Source of the DNA: Candidatus Hodarchaeota archaeon | GTDB lineage: Archaea; Asgardarchaeota; Heimdallarchaeia; Hodarchaeales; Hodarchaeaceae | Length of the DNA: 18,531 nucleotides | Direction of reading: 5' to 3' | NCBI GenBank assembly: GCA_016839785.1 | Contig: JAEOTQ010000036.1 | Span: 1-18,531, forward strand | Shown: piece by piece, positions 7,976 to 15,500 of the stretch | Layout: every line of letters begins with the position of its first letter | Numbering within the stretch: position 1 is the stretch's first letter | Made by a program: the position numbers and the translations under genes | Notes under the pieces: model-generated | What the model saw: only the letters and a program-made list of their open reading frames with translations | The model's database searches: none | Told to the model about the DNA's origin: nothing

Positions 7976-8402
7976 GACTTTTTAAAGGTTTATAATTCAC
8001 AAATGGAATTTCAGACCTAATTTCTAATTCTTTGAAAATTTCCCTTCATTTCATACAGAATGAGTATCATTTTTTAAAATAAATACAACTAAGGAAAAAA
8101 AGGTCTAAGGATCCAAAATATTAGTTTCACTGATAAGTTTTAATCTGAATCTTTCTGTTAAAATAAGCAGAGAGATTATATTTTTTCATTTATCTTTTGT
8201 CTGTTCTGTGACAATTTTTCTACTAAGTGATTTTCTAACTTTAAATCCTAACAAGAAATTGAGTAAAGAACACTTTGTAAAAACAAAAACAAAAAAACCC
8301 TGACGAAAAAGCAAGTAATAGACGTGTATAAGATTCTATAAACATATACAGCCCTCAACTGAGGAAAATTCAAAATTATTAAGAGATAGGAGAGCGTAAA
8401 CA

Positions 8403-9401
8403 TTGGGTCACAGAAAAAAACATGCACCACATAGAGGATCATTAGGATATCGACGAAAGAAAACAATCCGTCACACATCTCGCATGAGAACATGGGCCTC
8501 GTCTGCAGAGTCAAGATTATTGGGTTTTGCTGGTTACAAAGCTGGAATGACCCATATTGCTATGATAAATACAGATCGTAGATCCCCTTTTTATAAACAA
8601 GAACAATTTATACCTGTGACCGTAATTGAAACACCTCCTATGGTCATATTTAGTATTCGGACCTACACTAAAGATTCTGTAACAGACCAAGGAAAAGTGC
8701 GTAGCCAAATATGGGGCGAGAAAATCGAGAAAGATCTTGGATTACGATTACAAGTACCTAAAAGTAAACAAAATATAAAACAGGCAATTAGTCTAGAGAA
8801 AGAATCGCTGAGCGAAGTAACTGAAGTTAGAGTACTCGCACATACTCTTCCTCGCGAAGCTGGCCTTTCACAGAAGAAACCCGATATTATTGAAATTAAG
8901 GTCGGGGGTACAGTCACTGAAGCCTTTGATTACGCAACAACGATATTGGATAAAAAAATGTCATTAGATGATGTGTACAAAGCAAGTGATTTCGTAGATG
9001 TGAATGGTGCTACAAAAGGGAAAGGATTTGCAGGCCCTGTTAAAAGACACGGGATTAAAATTCTACCTAGAAAAACCCGAAAGGGTAGGCGAGTTGTTGG
9101 ATGTATAGGACCATGGCATCCTGCTAGAGTTATGTGGACTGTACCACGGGCTGGTCAATTAGGGAATTTCACCAGAACTGAGTATAATAAACAGATATTA
9201 AAAATTGGGGAAGATGGAGAGGAAGTGACTCCCTCAAATGGATTCAAACGATATGGAAGAGTTACTCGTCATTGTTTAATTCGTGGAAGCGTTCCTGGTC
9301 CTGCAAAGAGATTAATTCGATTGAGAGATCCAATAAGACCAAAACCTGTTGACATAGAGGATTTACAAATCACATATATCAGCACTGCTGCTAAAAATTA
9401 G
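8403..9401 (+). CDS. rpl3: 50S ribosomal protein L3 (uL3), TTG start
   Basis: MGHRKKHAPHRGSLG, GFAGYKAGMTH, TKGKGFAGPVKR, GPWHPARVMWTVPRAGQ, RTEYNK. Confidence 0.98.
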   Translation: MGHRKKHAPHRGSLGYRRKKTIRHTSRMRTWASSAESRLLGFAGYKAGMTHIAMINTDRRSPFYKQEQFIPVTVIETPPMVIFSIRTYTKDSVTDQGKVRSQIWGEKIEKDLGLRLQVPKSKQNIKQAISLEKESLSEVTEVRVLAHTLPREAGLSQKKPDIIEIKVGGTVTEAFDYATTILDKKMSLDDVYKASDFVDVNGATKGKGFAGPVKRHGIKILPRKTRKGRRVVGCIGPWHPARVMWTVPRAGQLGNFTRTEYNKQILKIGEDGEEVTPSNGFKRYGRVTRHCLIRGSVPGPAKRLIRLRDPIRPKPVDIEDLQITYISTAAKN

Positions 9402-9427
9402 TGAAAGAAGAGAGAGTTGCATAGAAA

Positions 9428-10222
9428 ATGAAATCTACAAAGGTTCCAGTCTTCAATATTGAAGGGAAGGAAGTTGAGAAAATTCAATTGGCTGAAGTTT
9501 TTCAAACTCCATTTCGTCCCGATTTAATTAAAAGAGCTGTTTTGGCGAGTCGTCGAAATAGACAGATTCCTTATGGTGTCGATCCTAGAGCCGGAAAGCG
9601 TACGTCCGCAGAAAGCTGGGGAACAGGTCGTGGTGCAGCTAGAGTGCCACGAGTAAAAGGCTCTCGTACTCATTCAGCAAGTCGTGCTGCTCTTATACCA
9701 TTCGCAGTTGGTGGGCGACGTACTCATCCACCAGAGGCCCAACAAAATTTTTCTGAAAAAATCAATAGGAAAGAGCGAATATTAGCAAAGAAATCAGCAA
9801 TTGCAGCTACAACTGATCCAATCCTCGTTGAATCACGTGGGCACATTATTGAGGAAGTAAATTATTTACCATTAGTTGTGACTGATGATCTTGAGTCATT
9901 AAAGAAAACTAAGGATGTTCAAACAGCCTTCAAAAGCTTAGGATTGTCTTACGACTTAGCAAAAGCAAAACGTAGAAATACACATGTCCGAGCAGGGAAG
10001 GGAAAACGACGTGGAAGAAAATACAAGAATGGTAAATCAGTATTGTTGGTAGTAGCTAATGACATGGGGATACTCCAAGCCGCTAGGAATATTTCTGGTG
10101 TTGATGTTGTGTTTATAGACCAATTAAGTACTGAACATCTCGCTCCTGGAACCCATGCTGGACGATTGACAATATGGACAAAATCTGCTGTTAATTATCT
10201 GAAAGAACTGGAGAATAATTAA
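9428..10222 (+). CDS. rpl4: 50S ribosomal protein L4 (uL4)
   Basis: RPDLIKRAV, TSAESWGTGRG, RAGKGKRRGR, LAPGTHAGRLTIWT. Confidence 0.98.
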   Translation: MKSTKVPVFNIEGKEVEKIQLAEVFQTPFRPDLIKRAVLASRRNRQIPYGVDPRAGKRTSAESWGTGRGAARVPRVKGSRTHSASRAALIPFAVGGRRTHPPEAQQNFSEKINRKERILAKKSAIAATTDPILVESRGHIIEEVNYLPLVVTDDLESLKKTKDVQTAFKSLGLSYDLAKAKRRNTHVRAGKGKRRGRKYKNGKSVLLVVANDMGILQAARNISGVDVVFIDQLSTEHLAPGTHAGRLTIWTKSAVNYLKELENN

Positions 10223-10256
10223 TTTAGTTATATTGACAACCACAGGTTTGATTAAA

Positions 10257-10532
10257 ATGAAATTCGATCACCCTCAAGATATTATCAAATATCCTCTAAT
10301 CACAGAATCTGCATTCAACAAGATGGATAGCATTTACGAAAACGCTTTAGTCTTCATTGTAGATCGGCGTGCAACAAAACATCAAATTAAATTTGCCTTC
10401 GAATCACTCTACAAAGTTTCTGTAGTTAAGGTTAATACTCTTATCACACCTCAAGGCAAGAAAAAAGCGTTCATTAAACTTGTACCTGAGAATAGTGCTT
10501 TAGATCTCGCAACGGAAGTAGGAATTATATAA
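10257..10532 (+). CDS. rpl23: 50S ribosomal protein L23 (uL23)
   Basis: IIKYPLITESA, LVFIVD, KVNTLITPQGKKKAFIKL. ATG 10257 preferred over TTG 10233. Confidence 0.96.
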   Translation: MKFDHPQDIIKYPLITESAFNKMDSIYENALVFIVDRRATKHQIKFAFESLYKVSVVKVNTLITPQGKKKAFIKLVPENSALDLATEVGII

Positions 10533-10545
10533 GTAGGTGAAATGA

Positions 10546-11292
10546 TTGGGAAAAAGAATACTAGTACAAAGACGTGGACGTGGATCACCAGTTTTTCGTG
10601 CATTGTCGCATAGAAGAAGAGGTAAAGCACGTTATTTACCTATCAAGGATAAAGAACTAACAGGAAAAGTTGACTTTACAGTAATTGATTTTATCCATGA
10701 GATGGGTCGAGGTCTTCCTTTGATGCTAATCCGTTATGAAGATGGAGATGAATGTCTTCTTCCAGCCCCGGAAGGGGTTCATGTTGGCCAAAAATGCGAA
10801 CAAGGAGAAGAAGCTGAACTGGAAGTTGGGAATATCGTTCCAGTCCATAAAATCCCAGAGGGAGTTTGGATCTGTAATATAGAAATGCGACCTGGCGATG
10901 GAGGCTCACTTTGTAGAGCGTCAGGGACACATGGTCAAGTTCGTGGTCAATCTAAGTCAGGGCCGTCAATCCAATTACCTTCAAAATACACACGTCAGGT
11001 TCATAAAAACGCACGTGCAATGATTGGGGTTATTTCAGCTGGTGGTAGACCTGATCGCCCATTTTTGAAAGCAGGACTGAAAAGAGCTTTTATGAGGGCA
11101 AAAGGTCATAAGGCGTTTCCTGTAGTACGTGGAGTTGCAATGAATATCGTTTCCCATCCTTTTGGTGGTGGTGCTCATCAGGGACCTGGACAACCTACGA
11201 CTGTTTCGAGAAATGCTCCTCCAGGTAGAAAAGTGGGCTTAATTGCAGCACGTAGGACTGGTCCAAGAAGAGGAAGAATCAGAAGAGAATAA
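10546..11292 (+). CDS. rpl2: 50S ribosomal protein L2 (uL2), TTG start
   Basis: MGKRILVQRRGRG, RGVAMNIVSHPFGGG, NAPPGRKVGLIAARRTG. SD GGTGA lies 5 nt upstream. Confidence 0.98.
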   Translation: MGKRILVQRRGRGSPVFRALSHRRRGKARYLPIKDKELTGKVDFTVIDFIHEMGRGLPLMLIRYEDGDECLLPAPEGVHVGQKCEQGEEAELEVGNIVPVHKIPEGVWICNIEMRPGDGGSLCRASGTHGQVRGQSKSGPSIQLPSKYTRQVHKNARAMIGVISAGGRPDRPFLKAGLKRAFMRAKGHKAFPVVRGVAMNIVSHPFGGGAHQGPGQPTTVSRNAPPGRKVGLIAARRTGPRRGRIRRE

Positions 11293-11299
11293 AGATTTT

Positions 11300-11944
11300 T
11301 TAACCTGAGATTTTCTTCTTGACCTTTTTTAATCGAACAAACGATTCTCTTTCGCGCTCTGCTAGTGTTAAACGAATCCACTTAACTGTTACCTCAATTC
11401 TTGGAATTATTATATAGTTCAGAGCGTTTACCCGTCTTTTAGTTTCAATTATCTCCTTTGATAATCTCGAAATGGTCGATTGGACCTCTGCCAATTGAAC
11501 TATTGCTTGGAGACTTGTTTTAAACAGAAAAAGGTTTTCATCAAATTTGGCAGATGTTCGTTTCATCGAATAAGTCATATCTTTTTGGTCTTCTACCTCA
11601 GAATCTATGAGATTGAACATAGGAACTGATATTCCCATTAAGCTTCGTTTCTTACTCTCTAAGTGGTAAACTTGTTTAAAATTTGAAACAACGGCTTGTA
11701 TTTCTGTTATGCCAAGTTGTAGCTCTAATTTTCTATATTCTTTTTGGGCCAGTCTTGTTTTTTCGAGTGCTTTTTCCTTTCTTTCTTTATAGGCATTTAC
11801 TGACGTAAGAAGTTCTCCAGTTAAAGCCTCAAGCTTTTCACTAAGTAGTTCGTATCCCTTTGTAGCTAGTTCCAATCTCTGATTAAGTTCAAGCAACTGC
11901 ATACGAGTTGGTGTAATTCCTGGAATAATGTCTTCCGTACTCAT
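11300..11944 (-). CDS. atpD: A/V-type ATP synthase subunit D
   Basis: PTRMQLLEL...LATKGYELLSEK, MGISVP, EIIETKRRVNALNYIIIP, LAERERESFVRLK. SD GAGGT at 11951-11955. Confidence 0.95.
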   Translation of the reverse strand: MSTEDIIPGITPTRMQLLELNQRLELATKGYELLSEKLEALTGELLTSVNAYKERKEKALEKTRLAQKEYRKLELQLGITEIQAVVSNFKQVYHLESKKRSLMGISVPMFNLIDSEVEDQKDMTYSMKRTSAKFDENLFLFKTSLQAIVQLAEVQSTISRLSKEIIETKRRVNALNYIIIPRIEVTVKWIRLTLAERERESFVRLKKVKKKISG

Positions 11945-11962
11945 TAAAATACCTCGATTTAG

Positions 11963-12077
11963 TGCGGGGGGTGAGATTTGAACTCACGAAAGTCTACACT
12001 AACAGATCTCTTCCTCTACTTCATATTGAGAGTAGATCTTGAGTCTGTCCCCGTTGACCTGGCTAGGGAACCCCCGC
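11963..12077 (-). tRNA. tRNA-Leu(CAA) with 30-nt intron (12008..12037 if at 37/38)
   Basis: Acceptor GCGGGGG/CCCCCGC, discriminator A, anticodon stem ACAGA/TCTGT with CT-CAA-G^A loop, long variable arm AGT-GTAG-ACT, T arm GTGAG-TTCAAAT-CTCAC. CCA not encoded. Confidence 0.95.
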
Positions 12078-12135
12078 AGGGTAGTTCAAGCATTTTACAT
12101 TATTTACATACGGGTTTCAATCAAATAAGAAGGAA

Positions 12136-12150
12136 ATTTAAAGATTTCGG
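12136..12150 (-). promoter_or_regulatory. Candidate BRE-TATA (CCGAAA-TC-TTTAAAT) for tRNA-Leu/atpD
   Basis: Archaeal consensus-like element about 60 nt upstream of the mature tRNA 5' end. Confidence 0.35.
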
Positions 12151-12178
12151 GAGTGAAATTCAATAGTTGCCTTTTGAA

Positions 12179-13009
12179 TTATACATTTTCGAGACGACTA
12201 AATGTAATCATCATCGCCTCTTCAAGTCTTAAAGAACGAGTCCCATATTTTTGCATAACATTCACACACATATCAAAGACATCACTGGTTTTTTTTCCTT
12301 CTGCCTTTAAGAGTTTAGGAATTCCGCTATAAGGCCCCCCGAAGGCAATTATCAGATCTTTGTTTAGATCTAATTTTTGTTTCAGGGAAGAAAACTTCTC
12401 ACATGTTCTGGATGTAGCAATTTTGTATTCTGATCTATTTGCTAAGACTTTACTCAGAGTCTGTTGATATGCGCTGACAGAGTAACCCCAATATTCTTCT
12501 GATGGGGGATTAGATAATACTATAGCCTTGAATTTACCGTCAGTCTTAATTAATTGTACTGTAACACGGATGGTTTTCTCTTTCAATGATTTTTTCCATC
12601 CCTCCACCTCTAGAAGTTCTATTCCTCCCACATCTGCCACAACACGATTTTGATTCAGAAAGATGGCAGCTTCCCGGATTTCATTTCTCTTTAAATCACG
12701 AGTTTTTGCATGATGAGGAATTGCTAAGGGGGAAAGAATCCCCACAGCAGCAGTATCTCGTGAAAGGGGAAACAATCGTTTGCGCAAATATTGGGGACAT
12801 TCGACATATTTTAAAATTCTGGTAATGATTCTTCTTTCTCGATTCGCACGGGCGGGTTTTAAGAGAGGATTATGATATACTACAATGTTTTGGACCTGGA
12901 AAATCGCTGCTATTCGGCTTAATTGGAAGAGCTTTTCAGTTTTTGAACGTATATCACTATTATCACTTACTGCAGAATCAGGAATGGCGATTGATCGATG
13001 AATAGGCAT
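12179..13009 (-). CDS. SPOUT-family RNA methyltransferase (MTH1/DUF171/SPOUT1-like)
   Basis: SIAIPDS, RIAAIFQV, YVECPQYLRKRLFP, YWGYSV, AFGGP, TRSLRLEEA. Confidence 0.93.
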   Translation of the reverse strand: MPIHRSIAIPDSAVSDNSDIRSKTEKLFQLSRIAAIFQVQNIVVYHNPLLKPARANRERRIITRILKYVECPQYLRKRLFPLSRDTAAVGILSPLAIPHHAKTRDLKRNEIREAAIFLNQNRVVADVGGIELLEVEGWKKSLKEKTIRVTVQLIKTDGKFKAIVLSNPPSEEYWGYSVSAYQQTLSKVLANRSEYKIATSRTCEKFSSLKQKLDLNKDLIIAFGGPYSGIPKLLKAEGKKTSDVFDMCVNVMQKYGTRSLRLEEAMMITFSRLENV

Positions 13010-13105
13010 TATTATCCTCTGATTTCTACAATTGTGATTATTGGATTGAGTTGGACGTAAATATCAATATTGATTCAAGTTATTGTTCAATATTACCTCG
13101 AAAAG

Positions 13106-13987
13106 TTAGTCTTTCTTTTCATATTCGTGTATATATGCCCTGATAATATCTCGTGTGTTAATTATTCCTAAGATTTCACCACTCACACTTACTACAGGCA
13201 TCTGATCAAGGTTTTTCTGAACCATTTTCTTAGTAACTTCATGAATAGTTGTTCCAGTAAAACATTCTTCAACATTACGTTCCATAATATCATTAACTTT
13301 CATATTACTAGGAAGAGTAAGAGTTTTGGAGCCAATAATCAAGACGGATTCACTATCCCAGGATGAACTATCATTTTCAGCACCGTGACCAGTTCGACTT
13401 GTGCTTTGTGAATCTAGAATTTCGGCTACTTTTAGGAAGTCATTCTGAGTGATAATTCCAATCATCCCAGATTCATTAAGAACAGGAAGGCCTTTTTGAT
13501 GACTGACACGGAGAATCTTCGCTGCAATATTCACTGGGGTTTCTTCCCATATTGTTGTTACATTGGGATTAAAGTAGCTTTTAACATCTGATTGGATCTT
13601 AGCTTTAAGGATTACTTTCTTGATCAAGTCATTTCTCGCGACTAAGCCTATTAAGATTTTTTCATCCGTATCATCTACAATGGGAATTCTCTGAAACACA
13701 TTTTCCTTATATATTCTTGCAGCATCGATTACTAAATCGGTTGATTTCAATGTAATAACGTCTCTTTTCATAAGTAAAGATAGTTGTGTCTCATCAGGAT
13801 TCCTAAATAAATCCGATCTTGATAGAATACCTACTAATTTATTTGAATCTTTTTTTAATACAGGATAAACACTTAAACCTGTTTTACGAATGGCCTCAAT
13901 TAATAAATCTCTATTACCCGGAATGTTCATGGTAACTAGATCTTCTCTTTGAGTCATTATTTTAGAAAGGGGTATATCTTCCGTCAT
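13106..13987 (-). CDS. CBS-domain protein (four CBS motifs, two Bateman modules)
   Basis: YPVL...LVGILSRSDL, RIPIV...LIGLVARNDL, LPVL...IGIITQNDF, MPVV...ILGIINTRDI. ATG 13987 preferred over TTG 14005. Confidence 0.92.
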   Translation of the reverse strand: MTEDIPLSKIMTQREDLVTMNIPGNRDLLIEAIRKTGLSVYPVLKKDSNKLVGILSRSDLFRNPDETQLSLLMKRDVITLKSTDLVIDAARIYKENVFQRIPIVDDTDEKILIGLVARNDLIKKVILKAKIQSDVKSYFNPNVTTIWEETPVNIAAKILRVSHQKGLPVLNESGMIGIITQNDFLKVAEILDSQSTSRTGHGAENDSSSWDSESVLIIGSKTLTLPSNMKVNDIMERNVEECFTGTTIHEVTKKMVQKNLDQMPVVSVSGEILGIINTRDIIRAYIHEYEKKD

Positions 13988-14071
13988 TATATTCAGCCAC
14001 TTCAAATTTTATTTGGTTAATCTAAAGAAAGACGTAGAAAAAAAATCTATACAAGAATATTCTATCTGTCG

Positions 14072-14248
14072 TTATTGAAACAGATTTAAGATAAGAATTA
14101 GTCCTACAAATGCGATCGCTAGTCCAACTGTCCAATAAGGGCCGATTTTTAACCCTGGTGAATCCGATTCGGAATAAAACCGTATTAATCCTGCACCAGT
14201 GGCAGGCATCGGAGAATCATCACGTTTTTTTGATTTTCTGACACTCAT
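14072..14248 (-). CDS. secG: Preprotein translocase subunit Sec61beta/SecG (58 aa; absent from the ORF track)
   Basis: Hand translation MSVRKSKKRDDSPMPATGAGLIRFYSESDSPGLKIGPYWTVGLAIAFVGLILILNLFQ*: AGLIRF motif plus one C-terminal TM. SD-like AGGAG upstream. Confidence 0.93.
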   Translation of the reverse strand: MSVRKSKKRDDSPMPATGAGLIRFYSESDSPGLKIGPYWTVGLAIAFVGLILILNLFQ

Positions 14249-14524
14249 ATTCTAAGCTCCTGTCATAAATGCCTAGATTGATTTGATCATCGTTTCAAGT
14301 TATCTGAATCCGGATTTACTTAAGAAGTTTTACATTGGGATAAACTATTGGGAGAATCAATTGAAATTTCCAATAGTTGAGTAGAAGAAAATTCTCAACA
14401 AAATTAAGCTGAAGAAGAAGACAAAAAGAAACTTGTGGTGCTTCATTTTTTTTTTAGAAAATGGGGAACAGAATCGCTATTAAGCAATATTGACAGAGAA
14501 TTAGAATTTGTCAGATAATTTTGA

Positions 14525-15268
14525 TTATCTGAATACTGCGAATCCTCTTTCCAGTCTCCACCACATCCAGTCTAGCCAATCCGCAAACTGATCGATGATT
14601 GGAACATCCATTTTTTCTATGATTAAAGCGAAGAATATCGTACCAAAAAAGCCAATCACTTTGGATGAAACATCATGTGCCCAATAAAAGGCAGTTTCCG
14701 AATCCATTTCGAATTGTGTTACTAAGAAAGATACACACCATAGATGGAAGGTAATTCGTAAAGTGTTTCCAATGAATAATGCGATAAAAAACACGGTACT
14801 TGCTCGTATCTTCGCTGTCCAAGTCGCTTCAGTGATCATAATGATAGCTAAGAGTAATCCTCCCGCTTGCATACCTGTACATGCTTTTACAATCCAATAA
14901 TCACCGTTTGTTGATGGAATGTGAATTCCAGGTGTTTGTGTGGTTGCCTCAAGGAATGGAAATTCACCTCCTCGTAAAAAATCTGGGATAACTGAATTTG
15001 GATCTAATGTAGGGATAGGGAAGTTTTCAATTCCGATAAAAACTAGTATTTCGTGAATTATATTACGAGTTGGTATTTCCAGAAAGACCCAATCGGGAAC
15101 TGTGTATATAAGAAATGTTACAATAGTAGCAATCAGTAGAGATGAAATCATTAATTTATCATTATGATAACGTTTTGGTGTTGTATTTTTTTCTTCAATT
15201 ATTTGATTTCTTTCGCCTTCCAACTGCCCTTCATCAGGGTTTGTAGATAATTCGATATTACCTTTCAT
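14525..15268 (-). CDS. Exosortase/archaeosortase family membrane transpeptidase
   Basis: Multiple TM segments with the Cys-Arg-His triad: IVKAC*TG, GNTLR*I, WAH*D. Confidence 0.85.
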   Translation of the reverse strand: MKGNIELSTNPDEGQLEGERNQIIEEKNTTPKRYHNDKLMISSLLIATIVTFLIYTVPDWVFLEIPTRNIIHEILVFIGIENFPIPTLDPNSVIPDFLRGGEFPFLEATTQTPGIHIPSTNGDYWIVKACTGMQAGGLLLAIIMITEATWTAKIRASTVFFIALFIGNTLRITFHLWCVSFLVTQFEMDSETAFYWAHDVSSKVIGFFGTIFFALIIEKMDVPIIDQFADWLDWMWWRLERGFAVFR

Positions 15269-15500
15269 TTCAGAACTCTTCTAATTCCTATTCTCTAATT
15301 ATGCTTATTGATAATTGAATTTATATTTTGTTTCGTATGCAGATAGAAATTGATGGCATAATTCAGTTAACAAAGGAAAACAAATTGTTAAAATTGTATT
15401 TTTTCGTTTATCGAATCAATTCTCATCTTTCAGGTCAGTGATGTAGCGAAATCTTTTCTTCATAAAAATAAATTGTCCCTGTAGAATTATCCTTTTCTCT

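Noticed and set aside
8248-11381. ORFs 8248..8514, 8517..8708, 8663..8917, 10691..10930 and 11178..11381
   Set aside because: Antisense to ribosomal protein genes; the hydrophobicity of 8248..8514 comes from A-rich intergenic DNA.
12010-12014. Intron segment GGAAG would pair with a CTTCC (Gly-TCC-type) anticodon loop, suggesting intron transfer from another tRNA
   Set aside because: A five-base complementarity is not distinguishable from chance without other tRNA sequences.
11978-12166. 62-aa ORF on the plus strand
   Set aside because: Antisense to tRNA-Leu.
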